Positions 51,254 to 64,000 of a stretch of 64,000 nucleotides of DNA are shown here, piece after piece (position 1 is the first letter of the stretch; each line of letters opens with the position of its first letter). A program made the position numbers and the translations under genes. The notes below the pieces were generated by a model. The model worked only from the letters and a program-made list of their open reading frames with translations, did not search any database and was not told the origin of the DNA. Source of the DNA: Squalus acanthias (taxonomy: Eukaryota); NCBI GenBank assembly GCA_030390025.1, contig CM059425.1:178252001-178316000 (forward strand). Reading direction: 5' to 3'.

Positions 51254-54200
51254 CAGAATCATAGAATAATACAGCTCAGAAGGAGGCCATTTGGCCCATC
51301 GTGCCTGTGCTGGGTCTTTGAAACAGCTATCCACTTAGTCCCACTACCCTGCTCTTTCCCCATAATGCTGCAATTTTTCCACTTATAATTATTTATCCAA
51401 TTCCCTTTTGCGAGTTATTGGATCTGCTTCCCACCACTCTTTCAGGCAGTGCATTCCAGATCATCATAACTTGCTGCATGTTGCCTCTGGTTCTTCTTCC
51501 AATTACCTTAAATCTGTGTCCTCTGGTTACTGACCTTTCTGCCACTGGAAACAGTTTCTCATTTACTTTATCAAAACCCTTCATGATTTTGAACACCTCT
51601 ATCAAATCTCCCCTTAACCTTCTCTGCTCTAAGGAGAACAGCTGTAGTTTCTCTAGTCTCTTCATGTAACTGAAGTCCTTCATCTCTGGTACCATTCCAG
51701 TAAATCTCCTCTGCACCCTCTCTAAGACCTTAACATCCTCCCCAAAGTGTTGTGCATAGAATTGGCCACAATACTCCAGCTGGGGCCTAACCAGTGTTTT
51801 ATAAAGGTTTAGCATAACTTCTTTGCTTTTGTACTCCATGCCTCTATTTATAAAGCCAAGGATCCCGTATGCCTTTTTAACAACCATCTCAACTTCAAAG
51901 ATTTGTGTCCTGCGCCTCCTGTAAAATTGTATCATTTAGTTTATATTCCTCAATCTTCTCATTCTTCCTCCCAAAATTAATTTTGTCTCCGATTATTGTC
52001 TCTCTAAATGTTTCCCCATCACAGACGTTAGGCTGACTGGCCTGTAGTTGCCAGGTTTATCCCTCTCCCTTTTTTGAACAGGGCTGTAACATTTGCAATC
52101 ATCCAGAGCTATGGCACCACTCCAATATCTAAGGAGAATAGGAAGATTGTGGCCAGAGCCTCTGCAATTTCACCCTTGCTTCTTTCAGCACCCTAGGATC
52201 CATCCCATCTGGACTGGTTTACTTTTCTACTTTGAGCGCAGCCAACCATTTAAGTACCTCTTCTTTATCTATCTTTATCCTATCTGATTTCTCTACTACC
52301 TCCTCTACTGTGACATTGGCAGCATCCTCTTCAGATGCAAAGTACTCATTTAATACCTCAGCCATGCCCTCTGCCTCCACAAGAAGATCTTTTTGGTCCA
52401 TAATTGGTTCCACCCTTCCTTTGACTACCCTTATACTACTTACATGTTTATAAAAGACATTTGGGTTCCCTTTTATTTTACCCACTAATTTCTTCTCATA
52501 CTCTCCCTTTGGCTGTGATTTCCCCTATCTTGGTAGGTCCAGTGCGGCAGGTCCCGACCTCGCTGCTGTCTCCAGCCCTCTCTAGAATGATTTTACCCTG
52601 ATTGGGTTGTTAAGCCTGCCCAGCACGTTTCCCCGCCAGTTGAAGGAAGCGGGTCTGATGACGTCATTTGATGTTGCGTCATCAGCCGGTTTCCTTAAAG
52701 GGATCATGTGCAAATTTATTTTGACATTTGTGCTGTCAGTGTTCTACAGCATTGAGGTGCTGCAAACACTGACAAGCACTCCACAGAGGTGCACGGCTGT
52801 ACCCAGGCTCTCCCATGACTCCCTCCATATGCTTGTAGAGGGCGCCACAGCACGCAGGGAGGTTCTCTTCCCTTCCAATGGGCGGCAGAGACCTCCCCAG
52901 GCGATCAAAGCAGCCTGGTTGCACATTGCACAGGAGGACACAAGCAGGGATGTCGTCAGGAGGACCAGGCTGCAGTGGTGCAAACCTTTCAATGATCTCA
53001 GTAGATCACGAAACGTTAGTACAAAGCCACACTCAACCTCATCCTGCTGTGCCACTCATCACATCCCCATCACTCTGCCTTCCCTACCCTACTCCTGCAC
53101 ATCCTTACTCGCACCAACTTACCTTGCACCTCCACCCATCCCTCTCTATCTATATTATCACATCCCCATCTCACTAGCCACCGCTCACCCTCATCCTAGT
53201 CCAATCATACCAACTAACAACACACAAGGGTAGGCATTTGTGTGTTTTAGCCAATGTTCATGTGAAGTTTCTGTTAATGTGGTGTCAAACATTGAAACTT
53301 GTATTTTCAACACTTTGTGTTCTTGGACAGATCTGCGTGCACCTTTGGAAGTGGCTTAGCGAGTTGCCGTGAATGGTGAGACTTAACGGTACCCCCCGCA
53401 ATGGTGATGAGTGTGAAAGGAATGGCTTGGGCATTGTAGGGATGCTTTATGGTGTTGGTGTGGGGTGGTGCTAACGTGTGACAGCCAGGGTGTACAGTGT
53501 CAAGTGAAGTAAATCTGGCTATGGTGAGGCCATCCCTGGTGTCCCGGGCAGCAATGTGGTCGGGTGCTGATGCTCTGTGTCCTGTGCAGCATCAGGTGAT
53601 TGCGGAGAAGGTTGGTGTTGCTGGTGATGCTGGTGTGCCTGATGCTGCTGGTGATGCTGGTGTTGGGGCTGATCGTGGTGGGATTCTGAAGACCAAGGTG
53701 AGATAGTTTCAAGGGCACAGATGCTGATGTAATAGATGGCAGGTGAACTTGAGATAACAGAAGTGATCTGTCAATGGTGAGAGAGGTTGTTCCAATGAGG
53801 TGACACTGGATACAGAGTTTACTCCAAACACTTGCAACCTGCATAAAGATCCGTCTTCCAAATGCAGTAAGCAACAGCTTCTGAGCTTGGAAAGTGAACA
53901 GCTGTGAGATGGGAGCTTTTATAGAACATTTGCAGCTGTCAAGTAAAGAGATGATTTCATGGTAACACCACTCCCGACCTCCTTACCTGACGTGATCCCC
54001 GAGCGGCGTGGACCCTGTGGGCGACCTCGTAAAATTTAAAGGTGAGCTCAAAATACTTTTTAAGTGGCTCTTAACAAGGTCATAATGACCTAACTTGCCT
54101 CCCCCGCCGCTGCGTGTCAGGTCTGTTCAGCGTTGACAGACCCGACATCTGGGAAAGTCGTGTGGCGGCAGGTTGACAGTGGGTTCCTAACCCGCTGTCG

Positions 54201-54720
54201 CAAAAAATTTTCCCACCCGACCCGCCACCAAATGTGCCCGCTGGGCCCCTGAAAAATTCCCCCCATAGCCTCTCTCATTCCCTTTTTGAGATCTCCTCTG
54301 TACTTTCTTTCTTCAGCTTGGTTCTCTACTGTATTATGAACCATATTCTCATAAGCCTCCTTTTTCTGTCTCCTTTTAACCTCTATCTTTAGCTTTGCAT
54401 GCCCTTCCATTCCCCCTCATGGGAATGTGTCTAGTCTGTACCCGAACTATCTACTCTTTGAAGGCCTCCCATTGCTCATTTACTGTTTTACCTGCCAATC
54501 TTTGATTACAATCCACCTGGGCCAGATCCCTTTTCAACTCATTGAAATTAGCTCGCCTCCAGTTGAGTATTTTCACATTTGATTTTTTTGATTGCTCTAT
54601 ACTTAATATTGTGATCACTCTTTCACAAATGCTCCCCCAGTGAAACATGCTCCATTTGCCCCACTTTGTTCCCTAGAACTAGATCCAGCACTGCTTCCTT
54701 GTTGGGCTGGAAAATAGAGG
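51254..54720 (-). mobile_element. Decayed CR1 interrupted by a Harbinger derivative
   Basis: CR1 ORF2 pieces at 51393-51935, 52219-52485 and 54270-54720. Confidence 0.85.
52511..54264 (+). mobile_element. Internally deleted Harbinger element retaining the Myb/SANT N-terminal exon
   Basis: PRLSHDSLHMLVEGATARREVLFPSNGRQRP...AWLHIA...RRTRLQWCKPFNDL. Right end AAAAATTCCCCCC. Confidence 0.8.
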
Positions 54721-55577
54721 ACCAGAAAAGTAGTTGTTCATGTAGACCTATGGAATCTGCCCTATCCTCTATAACCTGTCCTATCCTATGACCTCGGGAG
54801 CATCGATCTGTATTAATGAACTGCTTCAGTGAGCATTTTTCATGAATAAAGCATGAATCCCATTCATTATGTTGCGTGTTTGTAATACACTCCAAGGTAA
54901 TCTTTTTATTTTCTTGATTTACCATTAGTCGACAGCAGGTGGCAATAAAAGCATGTTAAGCGGAGTTTTACAATCCATGTGTTTTACATTAAATCCTTAC
55001 ATTAGGACACTTGCCTGAGGCATCATATTGGTACACCGTTTGTACTTCAGAAGAGAAGTCCCTGTTGGATACAAATGGAATAGCTAAAGTAGATAGCAGA
55101 GCTCCGCTGGCACAAGGGTACATGTCTTGTTTGCTTTATGTTCAGTACAACTTGAGTACTGTAGACAGCAAGTAAGTCATTAGCAAATGCATGCCAGCCC
55201 AAAAAACTGTTTTGTGATCCCAAGAGAAAATATTTGTAAATGTAGACATTACTTTGTATGCAGATTTTTGCAGCTCTTGAGTTGATCATAAACAAAAGAA
55301 CCAATGTGAATGAGAAAGTGATTCATATCGAATGTATGTTGTGTGTCACTTTCCCCCTATTGTGCCATCTGTCACACACACACACCTACCGTTCTTGGCA
55401 AAATCCCCAACAAATTGGGAAAATTGTTACAATGAAATTTATGATTGAAAAGAATGGTTTGTGGACCAAATTAAACAAATAGAGCTCTGCTTATTTTAAG
55501 AGTGAGACATCTCAAAATTTAGATGACTTAATTTTTTTTTTTAAAAAGACTCTCACTCAATATGAGCAAGACTTTAG

Positions 55578-56006
55578 AGGGGAAAAATTGGGTCGCGCCC
55601 CCTCCCCAAAAAAGTGAGTACCCCCGTGCCCAAAATTGAGTGGAAAACTCAAAAGGAGTGCAGGGTTGCCCGATCGCAAAGGGGGCAGGTGCTGGCAGGC
55701 GGCCAGCAAAAAAAAGGCTGCCCGGCACCTCCCCTTTAAATATCGCTGCCCCAGCCGCACGTACGCCCCCCTGACCCTGTCGGACATAGCGTCCGGCTGT
55801 ACGTCAGGGAGCGCAACCGAAGTTTGCGGCCGGGGCACTGCGCATGGCGACGACGTCATCACCACAGGCGGGGGGGGGCTACTGCTGCCACTAACCTCCC
55901 GCTGAATTTCGCGGGAGGCGTTAGCGGCGCCGCGCCTGGGCACTATTTGCTTTACGCCCATTTGGGGCGCTAACTGGAGGCACAAAGCAACTGAACTTTG
56001 TCCCCT
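55578..56006. mobile_element. Harbinger-type MITE related to 35943-36674 (opposite orientation)
   Basis: Ends AGGGGAAAAATT / AACTTTGTCCCCT. Shares CTAACCTCCCGCTGAATTTCGCGGGAGGCG with the reverse complement of the 35943 element. Confidence 0.82.
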
Positions 56007-57252
56007 TTATGTCTTGTCAGTTATATTTTAATCAATGCTGTTGCTTCTCTGACCCTCTGGGGAAATGTGAGCATGACATGGGGATAGAATACATGTATCT
56101 AGTGAGTGGAACTGGTTTTTAACTGGATCAAATATCATATTGACTAAATATGAACTATTGGTCATTGGTACATTCAAGCCAATCAGCAGAAATAACCATA
56201 ATTAGTTTCAGTCAGGCATTCTTGCCTCATAGATGTATGATTAGTTTGAGTTATGACTCGTTTAATGTGTGATGATCTCCGAATGCACCCTATGGATTTA
56301 TATTTTTCTTTTTCAGATTTCACTTAGTTTGCCTAGCTAGGCTGTGATCATACAGTATATTCTTTGGCACTGATCCATACAATATATTGCCTGCATCAAC
56401 AAACTAATGCCTCTATCTGCACCACCATTTGTCAAAGACTTTAAATACCGTGAAAATTGCAATAGTCCATTTGTGATCCTTGTGCATGATTGCTGTATCA
56501 AATGCTTGTTGCCCAAACAAGAAACTGTGAGCTGCTAAATGTTATTCAAGTTCATAAAATACAAGCATAATAAATGACTGCACCATATTTGCTGCAAGGA
56601 AATGTTGGCATTGTATGGTGCTGAAGACCAGCAATTCACTCGTGTTGGACAACGCCAGCACAAACTGGTACTGAGGCTCTTTTTATCCTTCAGTGCTGGA
56701 ATTTCCTTGGCAATGGTAGTGCTAGCGCTGAAAGATTATCAGCACCAAGCAGAGATCAAACTTGATCTCTTCAAAAGGTAATATAGGTCTAGTAACATTT
56801 GATATTCCTTAGACACAGACTCAAGCTCCGAGATCTCAGCACCAGTTGGAAAAGTAATATTGAAGCAACCTCGGTGCTGGCTGATCCAAGTATCCTTAGG
56901 ACTGTACTTTGTTAGGGATTGTGAAAACAAAACATAAATTTCCCCCCTGGCGGAAACTACAACCTGTGAATATATCTTTAAATGACTCTGGCTTAGTGGT
57001 CTCAATCCTTCATTGTGGGGGATGGGTTCTCTGTCTCCACCAGCATGGGTGTGGTCAGATCTGCAGCGTTGGAGGATTGTCCTTCTGAGATATTCACCAG
57101 CTTTTGGACGGTGGAGCGGGGCTGTGGGGGGGGGGGGAAGAGTTCAAGAAAATGGGAAAATCTGGCATCCTTCCCTCAGACAGTATGCTGGGGAATTAAA
57201 GAGCATACTGCATAAAACCCTGAACGAAACTGTCAGTGATTTGGCAGAATCA

Positions 57253-57692
57253 GGTATTTCCACCACCTACAAGGCACAAGTAAGGAGTGTGATGGAATAC
57301 TCTCCACTTGCCTGGATGAGTGCAGCTCCAACAACACTCGAAGCGCAACACCATCCAGGACAAAGCAGACCGCTTGATTGGCACCCCATCCACCACATTA
57401 AACATTCACTCCCTCCACCACCGGCGTACTGTGGCTGCAGTGTGTACCATCTACAAGATGCACTGCAGCAACTCGCCAAGGCTTCTGCGGCAGCACCTCC
57501 CAAACCCGCGACCTCTACCACCTAGAAGGACAAGGGCAGCAGGCACATAGGAACACCACCACCTCCAAGTTGCCCGTCAAGTCATGCACCATCCTGACTT
57601 GAGAATATATCACCATTCCTTCATAGGGATGGGCAATAAATGCTGGGTTTGCCAGCGACGTTCACATCCCATGAATGAATAAATTAAATAAA
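57253..57692 (+). mobile_element. 3' stub of the second CR1-like family, flanked by 75-bp direct repeats
   Basis: YKAQVRSVMEYSPLAWM and family 3' end. Repeats at 57178-57252 and 57693-57767. Confidence 0.85.
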
Positions 57693-59074
57693 AGACCGTA
57701 TACTAGGGAATTAAAGTGCATACTGCATAAAACTCTAAACAGAACTGTCAGTGACTTGGCAGAATCAATAAGAACAATGCTCCTGTGCATAGTAGGATAG
57801 TCTAGAAAACCAGAGCCAGTAGAAGTCCAAAGACCCACAATATGAACAGGACTCCTCTGGAAGGATAGAGGAAGATAGCAATGAATTAGCGGAGTGAAAA
57901 TTATAGTTCAGGTGCTTGGGAAATCCAAGGAATTGAACACTGAGAGTCCAAGTGGATGGATACACTGGGCCAAGAAATTTACCAACAAGGGGCTAAACAC
58001 AGCTCCAGGCAATATGCTTCTTATCAAGGATCAAATGTAGTCTGCATGCTCCAACTGAAGCAATGGTCCGTACCCTAGTCCTCTTTTGTTTCAGCAATCG
58101 AGGTTTTCACACAGTGCCTCTCTTTAGTCACATTGCATTTTGGGATGCACCATCTACATGAAAATCTGTATTTGCTGAATTTCCTCATCAGAACCCCATA
58201 CACAATATCACCCAGCTTGGCCATGTAGCACATGTTCAATTCAGCCCAAAAAATGGGACTCCCAGTAGCAACCTGGGTAGCAGTCAATATTCTTAGGAGC
58301 ATTATTTTGGACAACCTACCAGAAAGTTTTTCTACCTTCAGACAGGTTCACATACTTGGGAATCTGATATCCTCTTGCAGATTAGGTCGTGGGTCTCAAC
58401 TAAAGATTTTTTTTTTAGGTCTTCTGGCAGTCATCCTGTATTTCTGAATGCCCCACATTTTAAGTGATTACTTCAGGTCAATCTGCTCAGCCAGTGGTCC
58501 TCCTACAAAACTCACTTTTGCCAAACATTAAGGATCAAATGGGCCTCGGCCCTGTACTTCACATGGAGATCACAAAAGAACAATATACAATAGGGCAATC
58601 CCTTGCAACAGCTTATCCAACAATTGACAGTGGTAACAGATGTAATCTTAATGGAATAGGTCACCCATCTGCAAATAAACTGGGTTTTAGGGCAAGTTGT
58701 TGACAACAGTACACCTGACAATTGATTGGAACAGAGAGCAGTAAGATTAGCTCTGGAATACTTTTGAACCATAGTGCAGAACAAACCAGTAAGAATATAG
58801 TTGGACAACCCTGCTAAGGTGGTTCATTAAATCAGCTAGTAGGGAAGACTTTACTCACTCCTGCTCCCTTTGTCAAGTTGCAGTTTACTTATACACAGTT
58901 GTCGGTGTCACAGTATGTGTTTTATTTCTCTGCTCAATATTTACCTGGGGTAGATGCTGGCTGATCAGTGGAATATTAGTCTCAGTCCATCAGGTTAAAG
59001 GCATATAATGCTCTGGCCAGGTTAATTCATGCCCGGTCCCCAAAGCACAAGGGAAACATCCAAGTCCTGGAAGC

Positions 59075-59236
59075 TGTAATGGTTTGTAGTCTATTTTAAC
59101 AACACTACTCTGGACACTATCTGCAACACATCTCGAGCTTTATTCCAAAATTCTAGCTTATATCACCTGGTGTTTGTATATCAATCCTATCTCTGACCAC
59201 TGGATGCCTCCATTCAACTTTATACATATCATTACA
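59075..59236 (-). repeat. Gypsy 3' LTR (162 bp)
   Basis: TGTAATG...CATTACA termini. Purine tract TGGAAAAAGGGTGA directly upstream on the minus strand (59237-59250). Internal AATAAA. Confidence 0.8.
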
Positions 59237-59327
59237 TCACCCTTTTTCCACTAAGCTCAAAATTCAAATAAACTCTGAAATTTACATGAGGCTTATATTG
59301 TTATATTTTATCGTAATGGCATACTAT

Positions 59328-59616
59328 GGCCCCGATATTAACGGGGAGGTATGGAGGGTGCAGGGGAGCTCAGTAGCGAGCGATGAACCCAGTCTCCCCC
59401 TGACCTACAGGTTAGGTTTAAGTCACGGCACCTATGATTTCATTGGGCCGTGACTTTTGAATGTTAATTAGGCCCCGACCTGTCTTTTTGTGGGAGCCTC
59501 GTCGATGGCCTGATTTGGTTTCTAAACATGTAAACTGATGTGAATGGGACTGGGTTGCTCGATCCTGATATTTTCAACCCTCTCCTGTCTGCCGGGGCAT
59601 GGTTCAAATCGAGGCC
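59328..59616. mobile_element. Harbinger-type MITE inside the Gypsy element
   Basis: TIR GGCCCCGATATTAAC / GTTCAAATCGAGGCC, TSD TAT. Confidence 0.75.
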
Positions 59617-60424
59617 TATAAGTCTAATCTGTTAGGTGGCTTTCAGATTCTGGTTGGATATCTCCTTTCCAGTTCACTCTTTCTAATGTCAGGTTTAGTT
59701 TTTGGTGTTTTAGTTTCTTCAATCAGCTGTTCTAACATTGACTCCAATCTTTCAGGCCTTTTGATAAGACCTCTTCTGTGATTACCTTCTTAGCTGTTGA
59801 TTACCTACTCCATTTCTCTGCTTGTCATCTAACTTCGAACAATTGCTGGTTTCCATTCCTTTTGCTTGGATACATGCATTCTCCTGGTATCTACCAGTAG
59901 CAGCAGATCCTTGGTTATAGTACAACTTTTGCTTACTTCTGTTGTCCTTGATCTCTTGTGAAACTCCTTTGATGTCGTTTGGTTAGAGCAGTCCTTTTGG
60001 GGTGGCAAGTATTGTTTTTGTTTTATGGCCCATCAACAGTTACGCTGGTGAGGCTATACCACCTCCAGACAATATGACAATCGGCCACGACTAGCTGTGT
60101 CTTGGCCTTTTGCTTTGTTCACGTTTTTTAGCAACTTTCTCAGCTTTCTCAGCTTTCCTATAAGATTCTGGGAACTTTGGTAAAGCGGCTGTGTATTTGA
60201 ATCTGTAGTCTTTGTTAATTTTTCTGAATTCCATACTTGTAAACTGGAGTTTATTATCTGAAATTATTTCATCTGGGATATACTATCAAATTTCTGCTTG
60301 AAATGTGCAGTCATGCTTGAACTCTTGGTATTCATTAATTTATTAAGTCCAAAATAAAATTGAAAGGCAGTCAATGGTTACTAAATAGTGATTTAAATGA
60401 AAGTCGAATATCAGTCCCAACTTT

Positions 60425-62110
60425 CTGCTGCAGCCTGCTCCGAACCCGCCTCCATGTAAGTTTCCAAAGTGTCGAGTCTGCGAATTCAGAACAGACCCTA
60501 CACCAAGCGGCGGGGGAGGCATTAAGGTAGTTAAATGCTTGTTAACTACTATTTGCCAGCCTATTTCTATTTTACCACTTTTTTAACGAGGCTCACGTCG
60601 TTCGGCGATCACATCGGGTAAGTAGATTAGGTTCTCTATATCTCCCCATTGCTGTGAATAGGTGACAACTGCAACAAAAAAAAAACTGCATGGTATGAAA
60701 GCTACCATTTCACAGCTGTTTACTTTCCAGTGTCAGAAGCTTGAGCCTTCAGGACTTGCAAGATACTTTTGAGCTTTATGCAGTTTGGAAGTGTTTGGAG
60801 TAAACTCTGTATCCACTATCACCTCCTTGGAGCAAGCTCTCTCACCATTGAAAGATCGCTTCTGTCATCTCAACTTCAGCTGCCATCTATTCCAGCAACA
60901 TCAGTGCCCTTGGAAAAAATCTCACCTTGGTCCTCTGAATCCCTCCACGATCAGCCCCAACACCAACATCACTAGGCACAACAACAACACCAACCTTTTC
61001 TGCAATCACCTGATGCTGCACAGGACACACGGCATCCGCTCCCAACCACATTGCTGCCCGGGAAGCCAGGAATGGCCACACCATGGCCAGATTTACTTCA
61101 CTTGACACTGTACATCCTGGCTGCCACAAGATGCGCCAGGTTGACACCACCCCACACCAGCACCATAAAGCATCCCCACAATGTCCAAGCCATTCCTTTC
61201 TCGCACTTCACATTTGTGGGGGGAGGGGGGGGGAGTTATGTCTCAACATTCACTGGAACTCACTAAAACACTTCGAAAGGTGAGCACAGATTTGTCCAAT
61301 AAGGCAAAGTTTTGAAAATAAAGATTTCAATGTTTGACAACACATTAACAGAAAATTTACATGAACATTGCATAAGACACCCAAGTGCCTACCTTTGTGT
61401 GTTGTTAGTTGGTATGATTGGACTAGGATGAGTGTGAGGGGTGGCTAGTGAGATGGGGAAGTGATAATGCAGGTAGAGCGGGATGGATGGAGGTGCAAGG
61501 TAAGTTGGTGCGAGTAAGATGTGCAGGAGTAGGGTAGGGAAGGCAGAGTGGTGGGGATGTCATGAGTGGCAGAGCAGGATGAAGTTGAATGTGGCTTGGC
61601 AGTAACGTTTCATGATCTGCTCAAATCATTGAAAGGTTTGCACCACTGCAGCCTGGTCCTCCTGATGACATCCCTGCTTCTACCCTCCTGTGCAATGTGC
61701 AACCAGGCTGCGTTGATCTCCTGGGGAGGTCTCTTCCGCCCATTAGAAGGGAAGCGAACCTCTCTGCATGCTGCGACTCCCTCCATAAGCATATGGAGAG
61801 AGTCATGGGAGAGCCTGGGTGCAGCCGTGCACCTCTGTGCAGTGCTTGTCAGTGTTTGTAACACCTCAATGCTGTAGAACACTGACAGCAGAACTGTCAA
61901 AATGAATGTGGACATGGCGCCTTTAAGGAAACCAGCTGATGACACGTCATCAGACCCATCATCAGATGACGTCATCAGACCCACGTCCTATTAATTGGCC
62001 GGGAACCTCACGGCAGGCTTAACAAGCCCAATCAACGAAAAATTGCTTGGTGGATGCGGGCTGGGACCGCAACACCGACCCCGGCTGCCTCGGTCGGCGA
62101 AATCGCGACC
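60425..62110 (-). mobile_element. Second copy of the Myb-retaining Harbinger derivative, inside the Gypsy element
   Basis: ORF 61610-61984 is nearly identical to the Myb region of 52607-53233, and the flanking segments are colinear. Confidence 0.8.
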
Positions 62111-62768
62111 TTTATTTCTGTATTCTGTTGGACATTGGCTAACCGCCAATGATTTGTGACAACATACCATCTTCCTCCCAACCTTCTGGAGTTTCAGTTT
62201 CTTGGTGGATTTGATGTATTTTCAGCAACTTTTTCTCTCTGGCAAGCAGGGACAAGAACTTTGTATTGTCACATCTGACAAATTAGCATGAACTTGCCTA
62301 TTTGGTTCACCATCCCAAAATACTCATATTGCAGATCTTTGTTACTTTTACTTCCATTTTTTTCCCATCGGTCTTGAGTCTTTTCAATGTGACTTTGTGG
62401 CTGCAATCGACTTCTTGTATTTTGAACGTGCATTTGTACATAGTCAGCTTCACATTGTCTTCTCTTGTTTTTCAAAGGTTGATTAGGTTTCTATTTGTTC
62501 TTGCCCCAAATGAGGTATCTATAATACTTCCACTCCTTCAATGCCATCTAACATCTGTGACTTTACACATTGGAACATTTCTGGAGCTGAGATGATCCCA
62601 AAGAGCAATCTGGTATATGCATATCTGCCACTATTAAATGTGCACAACTTTGACTAGTCTTCATCCAACTGTTCTTGCATCAAGTATGATTTTACCATTT
62701 AATAGCCCTAACACTATTTCCTCTAAGGTTTGAACTTGATATTTTCTATGACTTTATTTAAATCTTTA

Positions 62769-63613
62769 GGGGGAAAAATTCAGTTGCTTGGTGCTAATGG
62801 GGTGCAAAGCAACTAGCGCCCGGGCACGGTGATGTTTGCGCCGCTCGCGAAATTGACCAAACATTTTGCGGCGGCGTTAAACACTACTGCCACGATCTCC
62901 TGCGCCCGCAGATCGTGACTTCAGTCGAGCGTTCAACGCCCAGTAGTGCCCTGGACTGGATATTGAGTGGTGTCCCCTGCCTTTCCGCCTGCCGCTACCA
63001 ACGACAGGTAGAGGGGAGCGTTTTGCAGTCGGGAAGGGACTGGTGGAGCGCTATTTAAAGGTGGCCGCTTCCTGTCTTTTTTTTGTCAGCGACATTTTTG
63101 TACCACGCATTCTGAGCGAGAGAGAGAGAGACTTCTGGAGAGATTGAACGCTGTGTGAAGGAGTTTTGGGTACTGAGCAGCACTTTGCAGGTTCAGTTTG
63201 ATTTGACCTTCCTTGCATCGATTTAGAAGAGACTATGGGGGCTGTTAACTCTGAGCTCTTACCCTGAGCATCTCCATTGTTCTTTCCAGCAGCTTTGATG
63301 TACAGGTCTCTCCAGGCCGAGATTCAAGGCTGCAATGAGCGGGGTGTGGATGGAGAGCAAGATCGACCCTCCCCTTTAAGAACTGGCCAGCGCCAGTGTG
63401 TCTGTGCTCCATTGCTGACTGACATCACATGAGCTTCGCCAGCGCTCTGAGGTAGCGCCTTGAGAAGTGTGTAGCGCCTGATTTAACACTCCAACCACCT
63501 CCACGGGCGATAGAAGCCAAGTTTGCAGTCGGAGGCGATAATTAGCACCAGGCGCTAAACTTTGCGCCCGGCCGATAATTGCACCCCAAACGGGGCGATA
63601 CTGAATTTCTCCA
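62769..63613. mobile_element. Harbinger-type MITE (family of 33895-34787)
   Basis: Left TIR GGGGGAAAAATT, decayed right end AATTTCTCCA, TSD TTA. Internal sequence is colinear with the 33895 copy. Confidence 0.87.
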
Positions 63614-64000
63614 TTAGGGTCTAAGCATAATCTCAGTTATTCACTGTTTGGCTTGACTGCTGCTGACTCACTCGCATCATTTATTTGTCTTCATTACACA
63701 GTTTCTTCTTTCTATCTAGCTCCTCACAATCTTTATCACAAAGTACAATTGCAACTTTCCTTGGTGGATGTGTGATTGGTTAAGCAGCTGGCTGTGGTCA
63801 TATGCTTTGCTTCCTGCTTTGCACCTCAACCCTTTACATACAGCAGCATACTTCTCTCACTTTTTGACATTTATTGTTAGTAACTGCATCGATTCTTTTA
63901 CCTAGTTCCAGCTGCTTGCATGCTCAAAATCCTAGGACTAACTGCATTCTTTGTTCCAGAATTTGGATGTATTAATATTCAAACAAATTGTTACGTTTTC

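Larger units (their letters stand above)
59075..64000 (-). mobile_element. Decayed Gypsy LTR retrotransposon, running off the window end
   Basis: RT motif GRYAYTRLLFGIISAPEMFQ (~62630-62570). Integrase-like KVGTD...PDEIISDNKLQFTSMEF (~60425-60225). PPT and 3' LTR present. Confidence 0.8.

Overview
Vertebrate genomic DNA, most likely from a cartilaginous fish (inferred from the CR1/L2/Deu-SINE/Penelope repeat content; no database search was possible). Two host genes lie on the + strand in the same order as at human 5q23. ARL14EPL has three coding exons at 6791-10756 (172 aa). COMMD10 has exons 1-5 at 22219-49131, and its last exons were not found in the window. Most of the rest is nested transposon debris: CR1, L2 and RTE LINEs, tRNA-headed Deu-SINEs, Penelope-like (Neptune-type) pieces with hammerhead ribozyme motifs, a decayed two-gene PIF/Harbinger element with many derivatives, a hAT element and a decayed Gypsy element. 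The most notable observations are the minimal hammerhead ribozymes (including a 153-bp inverted-repeat unit with its own TSD), a single-ORF LINE with a tRNA-like Pol III head, a ferritin retrocopy inside a SINE, a symmetric VNTR just upstream of the COMMD10 start codon and a 75-bp duplication around a LINE stub. I found no convincing new protein-coding system. Exon, TIR and TSD coordinates were read base by base. Ends of decayed repeats are approximate.
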